A stretch of 64,000 nucleotides of DNA, taken from contig JBDLVQ010000021.1 of the NCBI GenBank assembly GCA_039804685.1, forward strand, positions 20,923-84,922, given 5' to 3'. This stretch comes from Pseudomonadota bacterium. GTDB lineage: Bacteria > Pseudomonadota > Gammaproteobacteria > Burkholderiales > Burkholderiaceae. Shown piece by piece: positions 29,824 to 41,158 of this stretch; the first letter of the stretch is position 1, and every line of letters starts with the position of its first letter. The notes beneath the pieces are model-generated. The model saw nothing but the letters and a program-made list of their open reading frames with translations. It had not been told where the DNA came from and ran no database searches. The translations under genes and the position numbers were made by a program.

Positions 29824-31584
29824 TTACATCTTATTAGGTGCAGAAACACCTAAAATTGATAATCCATTAGCGATGACTTGTTTAGTTGCAGAGAGCAAAG
29901 CTAATCTTGCCAAGCGCAACTCTTCTTCATCAACTAAAACGCGGTCCGCGTTATAAAAGCTATGGAACTCTCCAGCCAAATCTCGCAAATAAAAAGCTAA
30001 TGAGTGGGGTGTCATTTCTTTAGCTGCATCAGTTAAAACATCAGGATATTCTGCTAGGCGTCTTAATAAAGAGTCAGATGCCCCACTGGTCAAACTAGTT
30101 AAGGAAACATTCGCCAAGCTTGCTTCATTACCAGCCCACTGGCGCAATATTGAACATATTCTGGCGTGTGCATATTGAACATAGAACACCGGATTTTCAT
30201 CATTTTGCTTAAGTGCCAAATCGACGTCAAAAACAAACTCGGTATCTGCTTTACGTGAAATCAAGAAAAATCTTACTGCGTCACGGCCTCGACGAATAGC
30301 ATCATCACGCTCAGCTGCTGGTGTGTTTTCGTTAACACCCCCAGACCATTCAATCAAATCTCTAACAGTGACATATGAACCAGCGCGCTTTGAAATCTTG
30401 ACTTCTTCACCACCCTTCATGACTGTTACCATTTTATGAAGAACATATTGAGGGTAATCTTTCGGGATATCCCATTGACGCTTCTGAGCCACGCCCTGAA
30501 TACCAGATCTCACTCGGGCTATCGTCCCGTGGTGATCACTACCCTGAATATTGATCACATGAGTAAACCCACGCGACCATTTGCTCGCATGATAGGCAAC
30601 ATCAGGAACAAAGTAGGTATAACTGCCGTCTGACTTACGCATCACACGATCTTTATCATCACCATCATCAGTAGTTTTTAACCAAAGAGCACCTTCAGAC
30701 TCATAGCTCTTACCAGTAGACTTTAAATCGGCCACAACTGCTTCAACACTACCATCGCTGTAAAGAGATGACTCTAAATAGTAACGATCAAACTTAACAC
30801 CAAAAGATTGAAGATCAATATCTTGCTCACGTCTTAAATAAGCAACAGCAAAACACCTGATGGCATCCATGTTGTCAATATCACCGTCACCAACTACCGG
30901 CTCGCCATCTGCTGCAGTGACAGTTGCTTTTGCAATGTAATCGCGAGCGATATCTGCAATATACTCGCCGTTATAGGCAAGCTCTGGCCAAGCAGCATCA
31001 CCAGGCTTATGCCCTTTGGCTCTAGCTTGAACGGAAATAGCTAAATTCTGAATCTGTACACCTGCATCGTTGTAGTAAAACTCTCGATGCACTTGTAAAC
31101 CCTGAGTTTCCAATAAGTTAGACAGTACATCACCTAATGCAGCCTGACGACCATGTCCAACATGCAATGGTCCAGTTGGATTAGCAGACACAAACTCAAT
31201 TAAGACTTTCTTTGGATTGGTTGGCTGTCTACCAAAGCTGGTGGCTTCTTTAAAAATTGTATTTAATACTTGAGATTTTGCTGATTGCGTTAATCGTAAA
31301 TTAATGAATCCTGGCCCAGCAACCTCAACTGAAGCAAGTAAACCCGAATAGTTTGGTTGCGCCTGCAAAGCGGCAAGATATTCTTGGGCTAATTCGCGAG
31401 GATTGACTTTCCAAGCCTTTGATAACTGCATCGCAATGTTGGTCGCAACATCACCATGTTCGGCGACCTTGGGGCGCTCAAGGTGCGGCACAGGCAATGT
31501 GTCAGTAATCCCACGCTTAACAGCAATAGCACTTAGAGCATCTTGCATTAAATCAATGATTTGTTTTTTAATCACAGGCAACAT
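29824..31584 (-). CDS. argS: Arginine-tRNA ligase
   Basis: [33 protein letters not shown]. Confidence 0.98.
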   Translation of the reverse strand: MLPVIKKQIIDLMQDALSAIAVKRGITDTLPVPHLERPKVAEHGDVATNIAMQLSKAWKVNPRELAQEYLAALQAQPNYSGLLASVEVAGPGFINLRLTQSAKSQVLNTIFKEATSFGRQPTNPKKVLIEFVSANPTGPLHVGHGRQAALGDVLSNLLETQGLQVHREFYYNDAGVQIQNLAISVQARAKGHKPGDAAWPELAYNGEYIADIARDYIAKATVTAADGEPVVGDGDIDNMDAIRCFAVAYLRREQDIDLQSFGVKFDRYYLESSLYSDGSVEAVVADLKSTGKSYESEGALWLKTTDDGDDKDRVMRKSDGSYTYFVPDVAYHASKWSRGFTHVINIQGSDHHGTIARVRSGIQGVAQKRQWDIPKDYPQYVLHKMVTVMKGGEEVKISKRAGSYVTVRDLIEWSGGVNENTPAAERDDAIRRGRDAVRFFLISRKADTEFVFDVDLALKQNDENPVFYVQYAHARICSILRQWAGNEASLANVSLTSLTSGASDSLLRRLAEYPDVLTDAAKEMTPHSLAFYLRDLAGEFHSFYNADRVLVDEEELRLARLALLSATKQVIANGLSILGVSAPNKM

Positions 31585-31629
31585 AAATATTTACTTAATT
31601 AGTTATTGTTTTAATGTTAATCTTAAAAA

Positions 31630-31953
31630 ATGCTTTATAAATTTCATTGCAAAAAATCAGCCGATGTCTTTATGTTGAGTGACCTCACCCAAAAGATTTT
31701 TGACATCATTGGCAAACCATTAGAAGACCAAGGTGTTTTTTTGCTTGAGCAAATTCCAACTGCAATTGCCAAACTAGAAGAGGCTATTGCGCAAGACCTT
31801 GAACTTCGTAAAGCAGCATCTAATGAGGGCAATGAAACGTCCTCAGAAAAAGCCCAGGCTAAATCTGATCGACTGGGGCAAAGAGCATTTCCATTCCTTA
31901 AATTACTCAAAGAAGCCCTCGATAGCAATGAGATGGTCATTTGGAGCGACTAA
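31630..31953 (+). CDS. DUF1840 family protein
   Basis: MLYKFH.K...[19 protein letters not shown]. Confidence 0.85.
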   Translation: MLYKFHCKKSADVFMLSDLTQKIFDIIGKPLEDQGVFLLEQIPTAIAKLEEAIAQDLELRKAASNEGNETSSEKAQAKSDRLGQRAFPFLKLLKEALDSNEMVIWSD

Positions 31954-34633
31954 AAAAATCATTTTTCTGATCATCACCAATACGGCCAACATCAAAATAC
32001 TGGGCATTTTTATTGGCGATATAAAAACCGCTAACGCTTGATGCTGGCAACATGGCCATTGATTCAGTTAAAGACATCTCCACTTCATTAGCCTTTAAAA
32101 CCTCAAACATTTCTTTCTTTACCAAATGATCTGGGCAAGCAGGATAGCCCGGGGCCGGCCTAATACCCACATAAGCCTCATCAATCATTTCAGTATTACT
32201 TAAATTTTCATCCGTGGAATAAGCCCAAAGTTCTTTTCTAACGCGCTCGTGCATTTTTTCTGCAAATGCCTCGGCCAATCTATCAGCTAAAGCTTTTAAC
32301 ATAATTGAACTGTAATCATCGTGCTTAGATTCAAATTCTTTTAATTTTTTCTCAATAGCATGACCAGATGTCACAGCAAACATACCAACATAATCAGTAA
32401 TGCCAGAATCTTTTGGCGCTACAAAATCAGCCAAACATCGATTAGGTTTTTTAACCCCATCTACAACTGGACGGTCAGATTGTTGTCTATGATTTTTCCA
32501 GGTCAACAAAATATCTTTGCGTGACTCATCTTGATACAACTCAATATCATCTCCTACGCTATTGGCTGGATATAAACCAATGACAGCATCAGCTTGCAAC
32601 CAACGGCCTTGAATAATCTTTTGCAACATGTCTTGGGCATCTTGATAGACCTTAGTTGCAGACTCCCCAACAACCTCATCCTTAAGAATTTGCGGGAACT
32701 TGCCAGCCAAATCCCAGGTTTGGAAGAATGGGGTCCAATCAATACAAGTAGCGATTTCTGCTAGGTCATAATTCTTGAAAACACGGCGCCCAATAAATTT
32801 AGGCTTAACAATTTTTTCTTTCGACCAATCAATCACTTGCTTGTTAGCGCGCGCTTGCTCAAGAGTAATCAGCGGGATTTGTTTTTTATTGGCATGCTGT
32901 TCACGAATTCTGCTGTATTCAACAGTTAAATCATCAATGAATTTTTTTGATCCGTCATCAGACAAAAGGCTGGAGGCAACAGATACAGCCCTTGATGCAT
33001 CAGGAACATAAACAACCGGACCTTCATAATGTGGAGAAATCTTGACAGCCGTATGAACACGAGAAGTTGTCGCACCACCAATCATTAATGGCATCTTTCT
33101 CTCTCGGAAATACTCATCTCGTTGCATCTCTTCTGCAACATAAGCCATTTCTTCTAATGAAGGTGTTATTAGTCCGGACAAGCCAATCAAATCAGCTTTT
33201 TCTTCTTTAGCAACTTTTAATATTTCATTGCAAGGAACCATCACGCCCATGTTGACAACATCAAAGTTGTTACATTGCAAAACAACAGTCACAATATTTT
33301 TACCAATATCATGGACATCGCCTTTGACTGTAGCCATGATGATTTTTCCTCGAGACTTAACGTCTCCCCCGCGCTCTAATATTTGGCGCTTTTCTTCCTC
33401 AATATAAGGAATCAAATGTGCTACCGCTTGCTTCATCACCCGAGCACTTTTAACCACCTGCGGCAAAAACATTTTGCCCGCGCCAAACAAGTCACCAACA
33501 ACATTCATGCCATCCATCAAAGGGCCTTCAATCACCTCGATTGGACGACCTTTAGCATTAAAAATTTCTAAACGCATTTCTTCTGTATCTTCAACGATAT
33601 GAGATGTAATGCCATGAACTAAAGCATGAGTCAGACGATCGCGAACGGAGCCTTCTCTCCAAGCAAGCGTTTCTTCTGCCTTGGCCCCACCACCCTTATA
33701 TTCATCAGCAATCTCTAACAACCTCTCAGTTGGAGTCTTCCCATCTTTTTCTTGGAAACGGTTCAGAACCACATCTTCAACGCGCTCTTTAAGTTTCTCA
33801 TCTAAGTCTGCATACACGCCCAACTGACCAGCATTAACAATACCCATATCCAAACCAGCTTGAATAGCGTGATAAAGAAAAACGGTATGAATAGCTTCTC
33901 TGACAACATCATTGCCGCGGAATGAAAAACTAACGTTAGAAACACCGCCACTTACTTTAGCGCCAGGTAAGTTTTTCTTAATCCAAGCTGTGGCATTAAT
34001 AAAGTCATTTGCATAGTTGTCATGCTCTTCTATGCCAGTAGCAATAGCAAAAATATTAGGGTCAAAAATAATATCTTCTGCAGGAAAGCCCAGCTCCCCC
34101 ACCAAAATTTGGTAGCTACGCTGACAAATTTCAATTTTTCTCTGATAGGTATCCGCTTGGCCTTTTTCATCAAATGCCATCACAACTGCGGCTGCGCCAT
34201 ACCGGCGTATTAAGTTCGCTTGATGCCTAAATGCATCCTCACCCTCTTTCATTGATATTGAATTAACAATTGCCTTGCCTTGAACACATCGCAGTCCTGC
34301 CTCGATGACGGTCCATTTAGATGAGTCGATCATCACAGGCACACGAGAAATATCCGGCTCTGATGCAATTAAATTCAAGAATCGAACCATGGCCGCTTTT
34401 GAATCCAACATGGCTTCATCCATATTGATATCAATAACCTGAGCGCCATTCTCAACTTGCTGGCGAGCCACAGACAGAGCTTCGTCATATTGCCCATTCA
34501 AGATCATGCGTGCAAACGCTTTTGATCCTGTTACGTTGGTTCTCTCACCAACGTTAACAAAACCCACGTGAGGGCTAATGTTGCAGGGCTCTAATCCAGA
34601 CAAGCGCATAGGGGGCATTGTTGTTGAAGTCAT
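31937..34633 (-). CDS. metH: B12-dependent methionine synthase, pterin/cobalamin/AdoMet part (C-terminus shortened)
   Basis: [33 protein letters not shown]; ends at [12 protein letters not shown]. Confidence 0.95.
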   Translation of the reverse strand: MTSTTMPPMRLSGLEPCNISPHVGFVNVGERTNVTGSKAFARMILNGQYDEALSVARQQVENGAQVIDINMDEAMLDSKAAMVRFLNLIASEPDISRVPVMIDSSKWTVIEAGLRCVQGKAIVNSISMKEGEDAFRHQANLIRRYGAAAVVMAFDEKGQADTYQRKIEICQRSYQILVGELGFPAEDIIFDPNIFAIATGIEEHDNYANDFINATAWIKKNLPGAKVSGGVSNVSFSFRGNDVVREAIHTVFLYHAIQAGLDMGIVNAGQLGVYADLDEKLKERVEDVVLNRFQEKDGKTPTERLLEIADEYKGGGAKAEETLAWREGSVRDRLTHALVHGITSHIVEDTEEMRLEIFNAKGRPIEVIEGPLMDGMNVVGDLFGAGKMFLPQVVKSARVMKQAVAHLIPYIEEEKRQILERGGDVKSRGKIIMATVKGDVHDIGKNIVTVVLQCNNFDVVNMGVMVPCNEILKVAKEEKADLIGLSGLITPSLEEMAYVAEEMQRDEYFRERKMPLMIGGATTSRVHTAVKISPHYEGPVVYVPDASRAVSVASSLLSDDGSKKFIDDLTVEYSRIREQHANKKQIPLITLEQARANKQVIDWSKEKIVKPKFIGRRVFKNYDLAEIATCIDWTPFFQTWDLAGKFPQILKDEVVGESATKVYQDAQDMLQKIIQGRWLQADAVIGLYPANSVGDDIELYQDESRKDILLTWKNHRQQSDRPVVDGVKKPNRCLADFVAPKDSGITDYVGMFAVTSGHAIEKKLKEFESKHDDYSSIMLKALADRLAEAFAEKMHERVRKELWAYSTDENLSNTEMIDEAYVGIRPAPGYPACPDHLVKKEMFEVLKANEVEMSLTESMAMLPASSVSGFYIANKNAQYFDVGRIGDDQKNDFFSRSK

Positions 34634-35670
34634 TACACAGACTCCTTATATGCATTCCAACGGCGTGAAGGTCTTTTAGCTACCGCATCAGCGATGGCTT
34701 TAATGTGAGCAGGAGTTGTACCGCAACAGCCCCCCACCAAATTAACTAATCCGTCTTTTGAAAACTCATCTAATAGTCTTGATGTCATTTCTGGAGTTTC
34801 ATCAAACCCTGTATCGCTCATTGGATTTGGTAGACCTGCATTGGGGTAACAAGAAACTGCAACATCACACACCTTAGCAAGCTCAGCAATATAGGGACGC
34901 ATTAAGGTTGCCCCCAAAGCGCAATTCAAACCAAATGTTAATGGTTTTGCATGACGCAAACTATTCCAAAAAGCTTCAACTGTTTGTCCAGATAAGATTC
35001 TCCCAGATGCGTCTGTTACCGTTCCAGAGATCATGACTGGAATCCGAACGCCAGCCTCCTCAAAAAATTCATCAATTGCAAATAATGCAGCTTTTGCATT
35101 GAGGGTATCAAAAATTGTTTCCACTAAGAACACATCTGCACCACCTTCATACAAAGCCTGAACTTGCTCTTTGTAGGCGACACGTAACTGTTCGAATGTG
35201 ACATTTCTAGCGCCAGGATCATTAACGTCGGGTGAAATACTAGCCGTTTTAGGGGTTGGTCCAACTGCCCCAGCCACAAAACGTGGCTTTTCAGGAGTTG
35301 AAAATTCATCACAAGCTTGCTTCGCCAATTTCGCTGCGGCAATGTTCATCTCTCTTGCCAACTCAGGCATTTTGTAATCATCTTGTGCAATTGTTGTTGC
35401 GCCAAAAGTATTTGTTTCAATCAAATCAGCGCCTGCAGCCAAATACTGCCGATGAATATCCAAAATAACTTCTGGATGAGTTAGGTTCAATAATTCATTA
35501 TTTCCTTTGAGGTCGCTAGGGTGCGCCTCAAAACGTTTTGATTGTGGCAAGCCTCTATAGTCTTCTTCAGATAATTTGCGCTGCTGAATCATGGTGCCCA
35601 TAGCACCATCTAAAACCAAAATTCGGTTTTTTAGTAATTCAGGCAAATTAGCGGCACGGGTATAAAGCAT
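34633..35670 (-). CDS. metH: Methionine synthase homocysteine S-methyltransferase domain (split metH)
   Basis: [33 protein letters not shown]; TAATG coupling to the next part; start ATG 35670. Confidence 0.93.
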   Translation of the reverse strand: MLYTRAANLPELLKNRILVLDGAMGTMIQQRKLSEEDYRGLPQSKRFEAHPSDLKGNNELLNLTHPEVILDIHRQYLAAGADLIETNTFGATTIAQDDYKMPELAREMNIAAAKLAKQACDEFSTPEKPRFVAGAVGPTPKTASISPDVNDPGARNVTFEQLRVAYKEQVQALYEGGADVFLVETIFDTLNAKAALFAIDEFFEEAGVRIPVMISGTVTDASGRILSGQTVEAFWNSLRHAKPLTFGLNCALGATLMRPYIAELAKVCDVAVSCYPNAGLPNPMSDTGFDETPEMTSRLLDEFSKDGLVNLVGGCCGTTPAHIKAIADAVAKRPSRRWNAYKESV

Positions 35671-35787
35671 AGGTAAAAACTCTTGGTTTAACCGCAAATT
35701 GATTGCGACAAATGAATTAAAGCTATATTTTATCGGTATTAGACATATTTATCTGATTCCATTAACTTTTTTATTCTAGGAGCCCTC

Positions 35788-36249
35788 ATGTTTGGAGCGA
35801 TGCCAGATTTCAATCAAAGTCTTGAAATGTTCAAAACCATGTGGGGCAATTCGCCAACACCTGGGGATTTAAGTGGTTTTGGGGCGGGTATTGGAGGGGG
35901 GGCAGGTATGCCAACGCTCAATATCGAAGAGCTAGATAAGCGTATTCAGGACCTTAAAAGCGTTGAAAACTGGCTGCAATTAAATATGAGCGTCCTCAGA
36001 AGCACAATTCAGGGCCTAGAGGTTCAGCGCGCCACATTGGCAGCTTTACAAAGCTTTAGCGCTGCTATGAATCCTGAAGCAATGGCGGAAGCCGGTAAAG
36101 CCGCCCAAAAAGCTGCTAGCCAAGCAACTCAAGCTGCAACAGAAATGGCAACTGAGATGGCTACGGGTAGCTTTTCAAGCAAGAAAACCGCAAAACCCCG
36201 TCAGAGCAAGCCTCGCGCAACAAGTAGCCGCGGCGCCAAAGGAAGTTGA
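35788..36249 (+). CDS. phaM: PhaM-family PHA granule protein
   Basis: EELDKRIQDLKSVENWLQLN..VLRSTIQGLEVQRATL core and basic C-tail; SD AGGAG. Confidence 0.75.
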   Translation: MFGAMPDFNQSLEMFKTMWGNSPTPGDLSGFGAGIGGGAGMPTLNIEELDKRIQDLKSVENWLQLNMSVLRSTIQGLEVQRATLAALQSFSAAMNPEAMAEAGKAAQKAASQATQAATEMATEMATGSFSSKKTAKPRQSKPRATSSRGAKGS

Positions 36250-37231
36250 GGTGGGCGATGGCCTCGCCCATCGCAAACGTGAGTTGGTGTAGATCTAACT
36301 CACGTTTAAACATGACTGGCACCAAATCTCTGGCATGCCCACGTCCACTGGAACAAAATGTCATTGTCTCTTGTAGACGATCTGCGTGATGTTGCTTTAG
36401 CTGTTCAACACGAAAATGCAATCCATTAAATGGCTTACCATGTGATGGCAAAACCAAAACACCATCTGGTAAATCGAGGTATCTCTCTATTGAACTCAAA
36501 TAAAGCCCCAAAGGATCAGCATCGGGCTCAGTATCAAAAACACTGACATTAGTCGAGATCCTCGGAAGCACCATATCACCTGAAATCAGCAAATTTAAAT
36601 CTGCACACCAAAATGATGCATGCTCTGGGGCATGGCCATAACCAACAATAACTTTCCAAGAGTGCCCCCCAATTTGAATCACCTCATTGTCTAGAATTCT
36701 TCTAAATCGTGGCGGCAGGCTAGGTACCATATTGCTAAAGTAATCTGCACGAGCCCTAATTTTTTCTAAATCAGACTCCTCCGTTAAGCCATGCTTAGAA
36801 AAATGCTCGGCAGCCCCGCCCCCACCAGCTACTGAACCCGTCTTTGTTCCAGATGGACTGATGAGCCACTTGGCCAACAGAAAATCAGTCATTGTTATCC
36901 AAAGTGGCACACCCCATTTTTCACATAACCATGATGAAAGACCAATGTGGTCAGGATGCATGTGGGTCACAATCACTCTAACAATTGGCAAGCCCTCAAG
37001 TTCATTCTTGAAGATATCTTCCCACGCTTCCTTGCTTGCTTCATTAGCAATTCCACAATCAACAAGCGTCCAGCCATCAATGCCATTAAATGAGTCTCTT
37101 AGTAACCACAAATTAATATGATTAAGTGCAAACGGTAAAGGCATGCGCACCCATTTAACAAAGGAATTAAGAGCCTTTGCTTGACCAACTTTGGGTAAAT
37201 CATCCTCCAATGGATAGTTAATTTCGCTCAT
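36161..37231 (-). CDS. MBL-fold metallo-hydrolase
   Basis: THMHPDHIG, GHAPEH, ISGD, PSHG, MGEAIAHL. Confidence 0.9.
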   Translation of the reverse strand: MSEINYPLEDDLPKVGQAKALNSFVKWVRMPLPFALNHINLWLLRDSFNGIDGWTLVDCGIANEASKEAWEDIFKNELEGLPIVRVIVTHMHPDHIGLSSWLCEKWGVPLWITMTDFLLAKWLISPSGTKTGSVAGGGGAAEHFSKHGLTEESDLEKIRARADYFSNMVPSLPPRFRRILDNEVIQIGGHSWKVIVGYGHAPEHASFWCADLNLLISGDMVLPRISTNVSVFDTEPDADPLGLYLSSIERYLDLPDGVLVLPSHGKPFNGLHFRVEQLKQHHADRLQETMTFCSSGRGHARDLVPVMFKRELDLHQLTFAMGEAIAHLNFLWRRGYLLREACSDGVLRFSCLKSYP

Positions 37232-37354
37232 CAATATTTTTCACTCTTACCACCAAAGACAGCGTGGTTTTTTAAGATCAGATTTATACAGGTACTAAAT
37301 AACTATAATGCTACAAAGACAGTTATATTGTTAATCAATCAACATAGGCTTAAC

Positions 37355-38029
37355 ATGACATCATCAAACAATCCCTACATCTTATCTAAGTTGCTAGATA
37401 ACAATAAAGAGTGGGTTGCATCAGTTACAAAATCCGACCCTAACTACTTTAGTCGTTTAGTTGGTCAACAAGCTCCAGAATACTTATGGATCGGTTGCTC
37501 AGACTCTAGAGTTCCCGCCAATCAAATTACCGGACTAGCCCCTGGTGAAGTTTTCGTTCATAGAAATATTGCGAACGTGGTGGTACATACCGATTTAAAC
37601 GCGCTTTCAGTTATTCAGTTTGCCGTTGATCAAATTAAAGTGAAGCACATTATTGTTGTTGGGCATTATGGCTGTTCTGGGGTTCGAGCTGCCCAAAAGA
37701 AGGCCCGCATTGGACTGGCTGATAATTGGATTCGTCACGTGCAAGATGTTCAATATAAGCATGGTAAATATTTGGGAACTGTTCTTAAAGAATCAGAGCA
37801 GTTTGATCATCTTTGTGAGCTTAATGTGATTGAGCAAGTCATGAACGTATGCCAAACAACCAGCGTACAAGATGCTTGGTCTAACAACCAAGAATTAACT
37901 GTGCACGGTTGGATTTATGATCTAAAAGATGGTGGCGTCAGAGATCTTGACATCAGCATCAAGAGTGCATCTGAGCTTGAGTCTCGCTATCAAACAGTAT
38001 TAACAAAGAATTATTCTATCGGTGAGTAA
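37355..38029 (+). CDS. can: Beta-class carbonic anhydrase
   Basis: IGCSDSRVP, FVHRNIAN, GHYGCSG. Confidence 0.96.
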   Translation: MTSSNNPYILSKLLDNNKEWVASVTKSDPNYFSRLVGQQAPEYLWIGCSDSRVPANQITGLAPGEVFVHRNIANVVVHTDLNALSVIQFAVDQIKVKHIIVVGHYGCSGVRAAQKKARIGLADNWIRHVQDVQYKHGKYLGTVLKESEQFDHLCELNVIEQVMNVCQTTSVQDAWSNNQELTVHGWIYDLKDGGVRDLDISIKSASELESRYQTVLTKNYSIGE

Positions 38030-38216
38030 CTCAAATCCATCAATAACTAATAGGCCAGCGTCTCCATGCATTAACTTATGCAGAATGGATGATGATGATC
38101 TTTATTGTTTGGGCTGCTTTAGGACGCTCGATGAAATTGCAGTTTGGAGCGAACTAAGTGTGTCAGAAAAAGAACCTATTTGGTTGGCTCTAGAAGAGAG
38201 AGCTTCACAGAAATAA
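38022..38216 (+). CDS. DUF1289 family protein
   Basis: SPCINLC...CLGCFRTLDEI..W. Confidence 0.88.
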   Translation: MSNSNPSITNRPASPCINLCRMDDDDLYCLGCFRTLDEIAVWSELSVSEKEPIWLALEERASQK

Positions 38217-38220
38217 AATA

Positions 38221-38250
38221 AAAAAGGGTCACTTTCGTGACCCTTTTCTT
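38221..38250. terminator. Bidirectional intrinsic terminator
   Basis: AAAAGGGTCAC-TTTC-GTGACCCTTTT with A and T runs on either side. Confidence 0.88.
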
Positions 38251-38275
38251 CCATCTCGAAATTAATTCATATAGA

Positions 38276-39259
38276 TTAATCTGCGTAGATGCCAGCCTTC
38301 TTGATGATTGGCGTCCACAATTCAATTTGAGCTTTCAAATGAGCTTTGTGACCAGCAGGGCTAGCATTTTTCTCGTTAGGGACTGTAGCACCCAAATCAA
38401 GCATTTTTGCTTTGAAGCCTGCATCATTAATACCGGCTTTAATAGCTGCAGATAATTTATCTGTGGCAGCCTTAGATGTGCCCTTGGGAGCATAAACACC
38501 GTGCCATACATTCACTTGGAAATTTTTCAACCCTTGCTCATGCAATGTTGGGATATCTTTGAATGCAGGAATACGTTGCAATGTTGTCGCGCCATATGCC
38601 TTTACTGAACCAGCCTTTAACTGACCAGCCAAGTTAGTTGTTTGGTCACACATCAATTGCACTTGACCGCCCATAAGATCTGTCAACGCTGGGGCAGTTC
38701 CTTTGTATGGCACCGTTGTCATATCTTGCTGAATTGAGCTCATGAACAATAAACCGCACAAGTGGCTAGCTGATCCAACACCTGCATTTGCATAGGCAAT
38801 CTTTGTTCCATTTGCTTTAATGTAAGCCAACAACTCTTTGTAGTTCTTAGGTGGTAAATCTTTGTTCGCAACCATTACCATTGGCACATCAGCGACTTGA
38901 CCTAAGTGCTCAAAATCAGTTAATGGATCGTAGCCCAAGTTACGGTATAGGCCTGGAGCTGTAGACATACCAATGTGATGAATCAAAAGTGTATAACCGT
39001 CATTCGTGGCATTCATTACTTTTTTAGCAGCAATCGTCCCACCAGCGCCTGGTGAGTTATCAACAATCACCTGTTGCTTCAATGCTTTACCCATCACAAG
39101 AGCTAATTCACGAGCAACTTTATCTGTAGGGCCGCCCGCAGCAAACGGCACGACCAAAGTTACTGGTTTGTCATCGGGGAAAGCAGCCTGAGATGCACCT
39201 GATACAAGAGCAGCTAAAACACCAACTGCAACGATCGCTTTGCGAAAATTCTTATTCAT
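38276..39259 (-). CDS. Bug/TctC tripartite tricarboxylate transporter substrate-binding protein
   Basis: VPFAAGGPTD, NSPGAGG, GVGSASHL, VPYKGTAPA; SD GGAG before ATG 39259. Confidence 0.93.
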   Translation of the reverse strand: MNKNFRKAIVAVGVLAALVSGASQAAFPDDKPVTLVVPFAAGGPTDKVARELALVMGKALKQQVIVDNSPGAGGTIAAKKVMNATNDGYTLLIHHIGMSTAPGLYRNLGYDPLTDFEHLGQVADVPMVMVANKDLPPKNYKELLAYIKANGTKIAYANAGVGSASHLCGLLFMSSIQQDMTTVPYKGTAPALTDLMGGQVQLMCDQTTNLAGQLKAGSVKAYGATTLQRIPAFKDIPTLHEQGLKNFQVNVWHGVYAPKGTSKAATDKLSAAIKAGINDAGFKAKMLDLGATVPNEKNASPAGHKAHLKAQIELWTPIIKKAGIYAD

Positions 39260-39441
39260 TAATATCTCCTTGACAGTTGTTGCCATTAAAAATAAGCAAA
39301 TCAACAAATTCCATTGTAAGGAAAAATGAAGGAAAAGACATAGCGCTAGCCCTTCAATTCGCTAGTGGATACCCTAATTGGGACATTTAAATTCTCGAGT
39401 ATCTCGGTAAATTTTAAATATCCATAACAGAGGTGGGGCCT

Positions 39442-39864
39442 CTATGCCAGAAGAAATTTATTGTGATCAGCAGTAACCATAATTAATTCCTTTTCTGCTC
39501 GCTTTGCAATTTTGAGAACTAATTTATCCTTGCTTATTAGAGTAGAGGGTTTGAGGGTATAAGCCAAATTAATAAAGACCTGATCATCTCTGTCTTTACA
39601 TTTCCAAGGGGCAACCTGCAAATCATCATCATTAATAGCCCTAGACCAGGATTTCCACTGTTGAATAGCCTGAGTTTGCTGATCTAAAGTTAATTTGAAT
39701 TGAGGTCTACTAAGTACATCAATCAATTCATCAATTGTTTTATGAGTTGCAACTGCATCAAGCTTTTGAGCCTCTAAAGCAGATCTTAGAGGGTGCGCTC
39801 GCTCATCATCAAAAACCAAAATGTCCAAAAGGATGTTGGTATCCAAAACAACTACTGGTCTCAT
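39442..39864 (-). CDS. PIN domain protein
   Basis: VVLDTN, E..DVL.R, C.DRDDQ.F, LISKD. Confidence 0.85.
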   Translation of the reverse strand: MRPVVVLDTNILLDILVFDDERAHPLRSALEAQKLDAVATHKTIDELIDVLSRPQFKLTLDQQTQAIQQWKSWSRAINDDDLQVAPWKCKDRDDQVFINLAYTLKPSTLISKDKLVLKIAKRAEKELIMVTADHNKFLLA

Positions 39865-39951
39865 GCAAATCTCTCTATAAACATTTAAGTTGGCTACTCT
39901 CAGATATCATAAGACAACCCCCAAATAAATAGCATTAAATAAAGGCATGCG

Positions 39952-40644
39952 ATGACGATATATGGATCTCAAGAACACGAAGAAATGGTTAATCAAATAT
40001 TGGGAGTACTTGAACCCCAGTATTTAGGGTTAGCAGAAGAAATTGATGGCATTACACCCAATGAAAAAATTATTTGGCATTTAACTTCTTTGTGGATGAA
40101 TGCTGCAAAACGCTTAGATCGAGATAAGCTTCCAGTTCACAAAGAACAGTTTAAATTTATTCTTTACTCCGTAGGCCATATTGTTGAATTACTAAGCGAT
40201 ACCGAGTGGGATCAAGTTGAAGATGAATGGATGGAACATTTGGCAAGGCTGAGAACTTTCAATGACGGCTTTTTGGGTCTCTATTTTCACAACAAAGAAA
40301 TTTCAGAAAGAACTGCTGATTTTTACAATATTTATGCGTGGCTAATTACTTTGTATCATTGGTTTGGATCAAGCGTATATCAAAAAATAAAACCTCGCAT
40401 AACCGATGAAACTAGCGAAAGTTATTTAATCGCCAACCAAAGTATGACTAACTTATTGGCCAACTTAACTGAGTTTACAGAGCGCTATCAAATTAAAGAG
40501 GATGTTTCCTCTTTCATTCAACAAGGCTTGAATTTAGTCATCAACAGACCGGCTAATTTCCCATGGGATCTTTATTTCGAGGCGGAAAAGGGGGAAGTTA
40601 AGCTACCCTCTTTTTCACCCCCAAAATCAAGTGAAAAAAGTTAA
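39952..40644 (+). CDS. Hypothetical protein (helical, acidic; no family recognised)
   Basis: 230 codon open frame with SD-like AAAGG; visibly AT-rich. Confidence 0.7.
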   Translation: MTIYGSQEHEEMVNQILGVLEPQYLGLAEEIDGITPNEKIIWHLTSLWMNAAKRLDRDKLPVHKEQFKFILYSVGHIVELLSDTEWDQVEDEWMEHLARLRTFNDGFLGLYFHNKEISERTADFYNIYAWLITLYHWFGSSVYQKIKPRITDETSESYLIANQSMTNLLANLTEFTERYQIKEDVSSFIQQGLNLVINRPANFPWDLYFEAEKGEVKLPSFSPPKSSEKS

Positions 40645-40651
40645 ACTAAAT

Positions 40652-40666
40652 TTACTCCACCGTAAC
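40652..40666 (-). repeat. Synonymous copy of the glmS 3' end (att-like)
   Basis: GTTACGGTGGAGTAA versus glmS GTTACCGTCGAGTGA (44022-44036); both read VTVE-stop and the 3 mismatches are all silent. Confidence 0.6.
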
Positions 40667-40693
40667 GTCCGAGTTCTCAACGGGGGTCACAAG

Positions 40694-41143
40694 TTATTTC
40701 TTTCTAAACTCTTTATGACAGGCGTTACAACTATCTCTTGCCTGCTCAAACGCAATCTTGAGCCTCTTTTGGTCTTTGAGTTCTGCGACCTTGACTAGAT
40801 TTGCTGTTTTCGCCTCTAAGTCTTTAGCCATCTTCTTAAATTGGTCTTCTTCCAGCCAAATATCATCTTTAGCTTTGGTATCGCCTCTTTCGCTTCCCGC
40901 CACAAAACCCTCCCACGGCAACTGACTAAGGTATTCGACTCTCTTGGCATCCACAATTACCGCATTTGCGTCATATGGTCTTGTGCCATCTACCGTCTGG
41001 AGAATGCGACTCCAATAGGTTGCCATTAATGTAAAGGCGGCTTTGCGATGTTTGATAGCTTGCTCAATTTTGCGATCTTCTTGAGCAATGCTGGCTGTTG
41101 ATACGAACAGGGTTAGCAAGGCTAAGGAAATAATTTTCTTCAT
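40694..41143 (-). CDS. Cytochrome c' (class II)
   Basis: Signal peptide, R.AAF..M, AK.DIW, C-terminal CNACH. Confidence 0.92.
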   Translation of the reverse strand: MKKIISLALLTLFVSTASIAQEDRKIEQAIKHRKAAFTLMATYWSRILQTVDGTRPYDANAVIVDAKRVEYLSQLPWEGFVAGSERGDTKAKDDIWLEEDQFKKMAKDLEAKTANLVKVAELKDQKRLKIAFEQARDSCNACHKEFRKK

Positions 41144-41158
41144 TTGAAATTCCAGAAA

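Noticed and set aside
31890-31945. Frameshift rescue of MetH (an extra A would give [15 protein letters not shown], loosely like [16 protein letters not shown])
   Set aside because: It would disrupt the conserved VIW end of DUF1840 on the other strand and create a roughly 98 aa tail; the similarity is weak.
35671-35787. Cobalamin riboswitch or MetR box upstream of metH
   Set aside because: No B12-box or GGGAA/GCCACTG elements and no TGAA-N5-TTCA; only a short CGCAA/TTGCG hairpin.
39442-39864. Classical VapBC toxin-antitoxin pair
   Set aside because: No small antitoxin ORF upstream; similar solo PIN genes are common in Burkholderiales.
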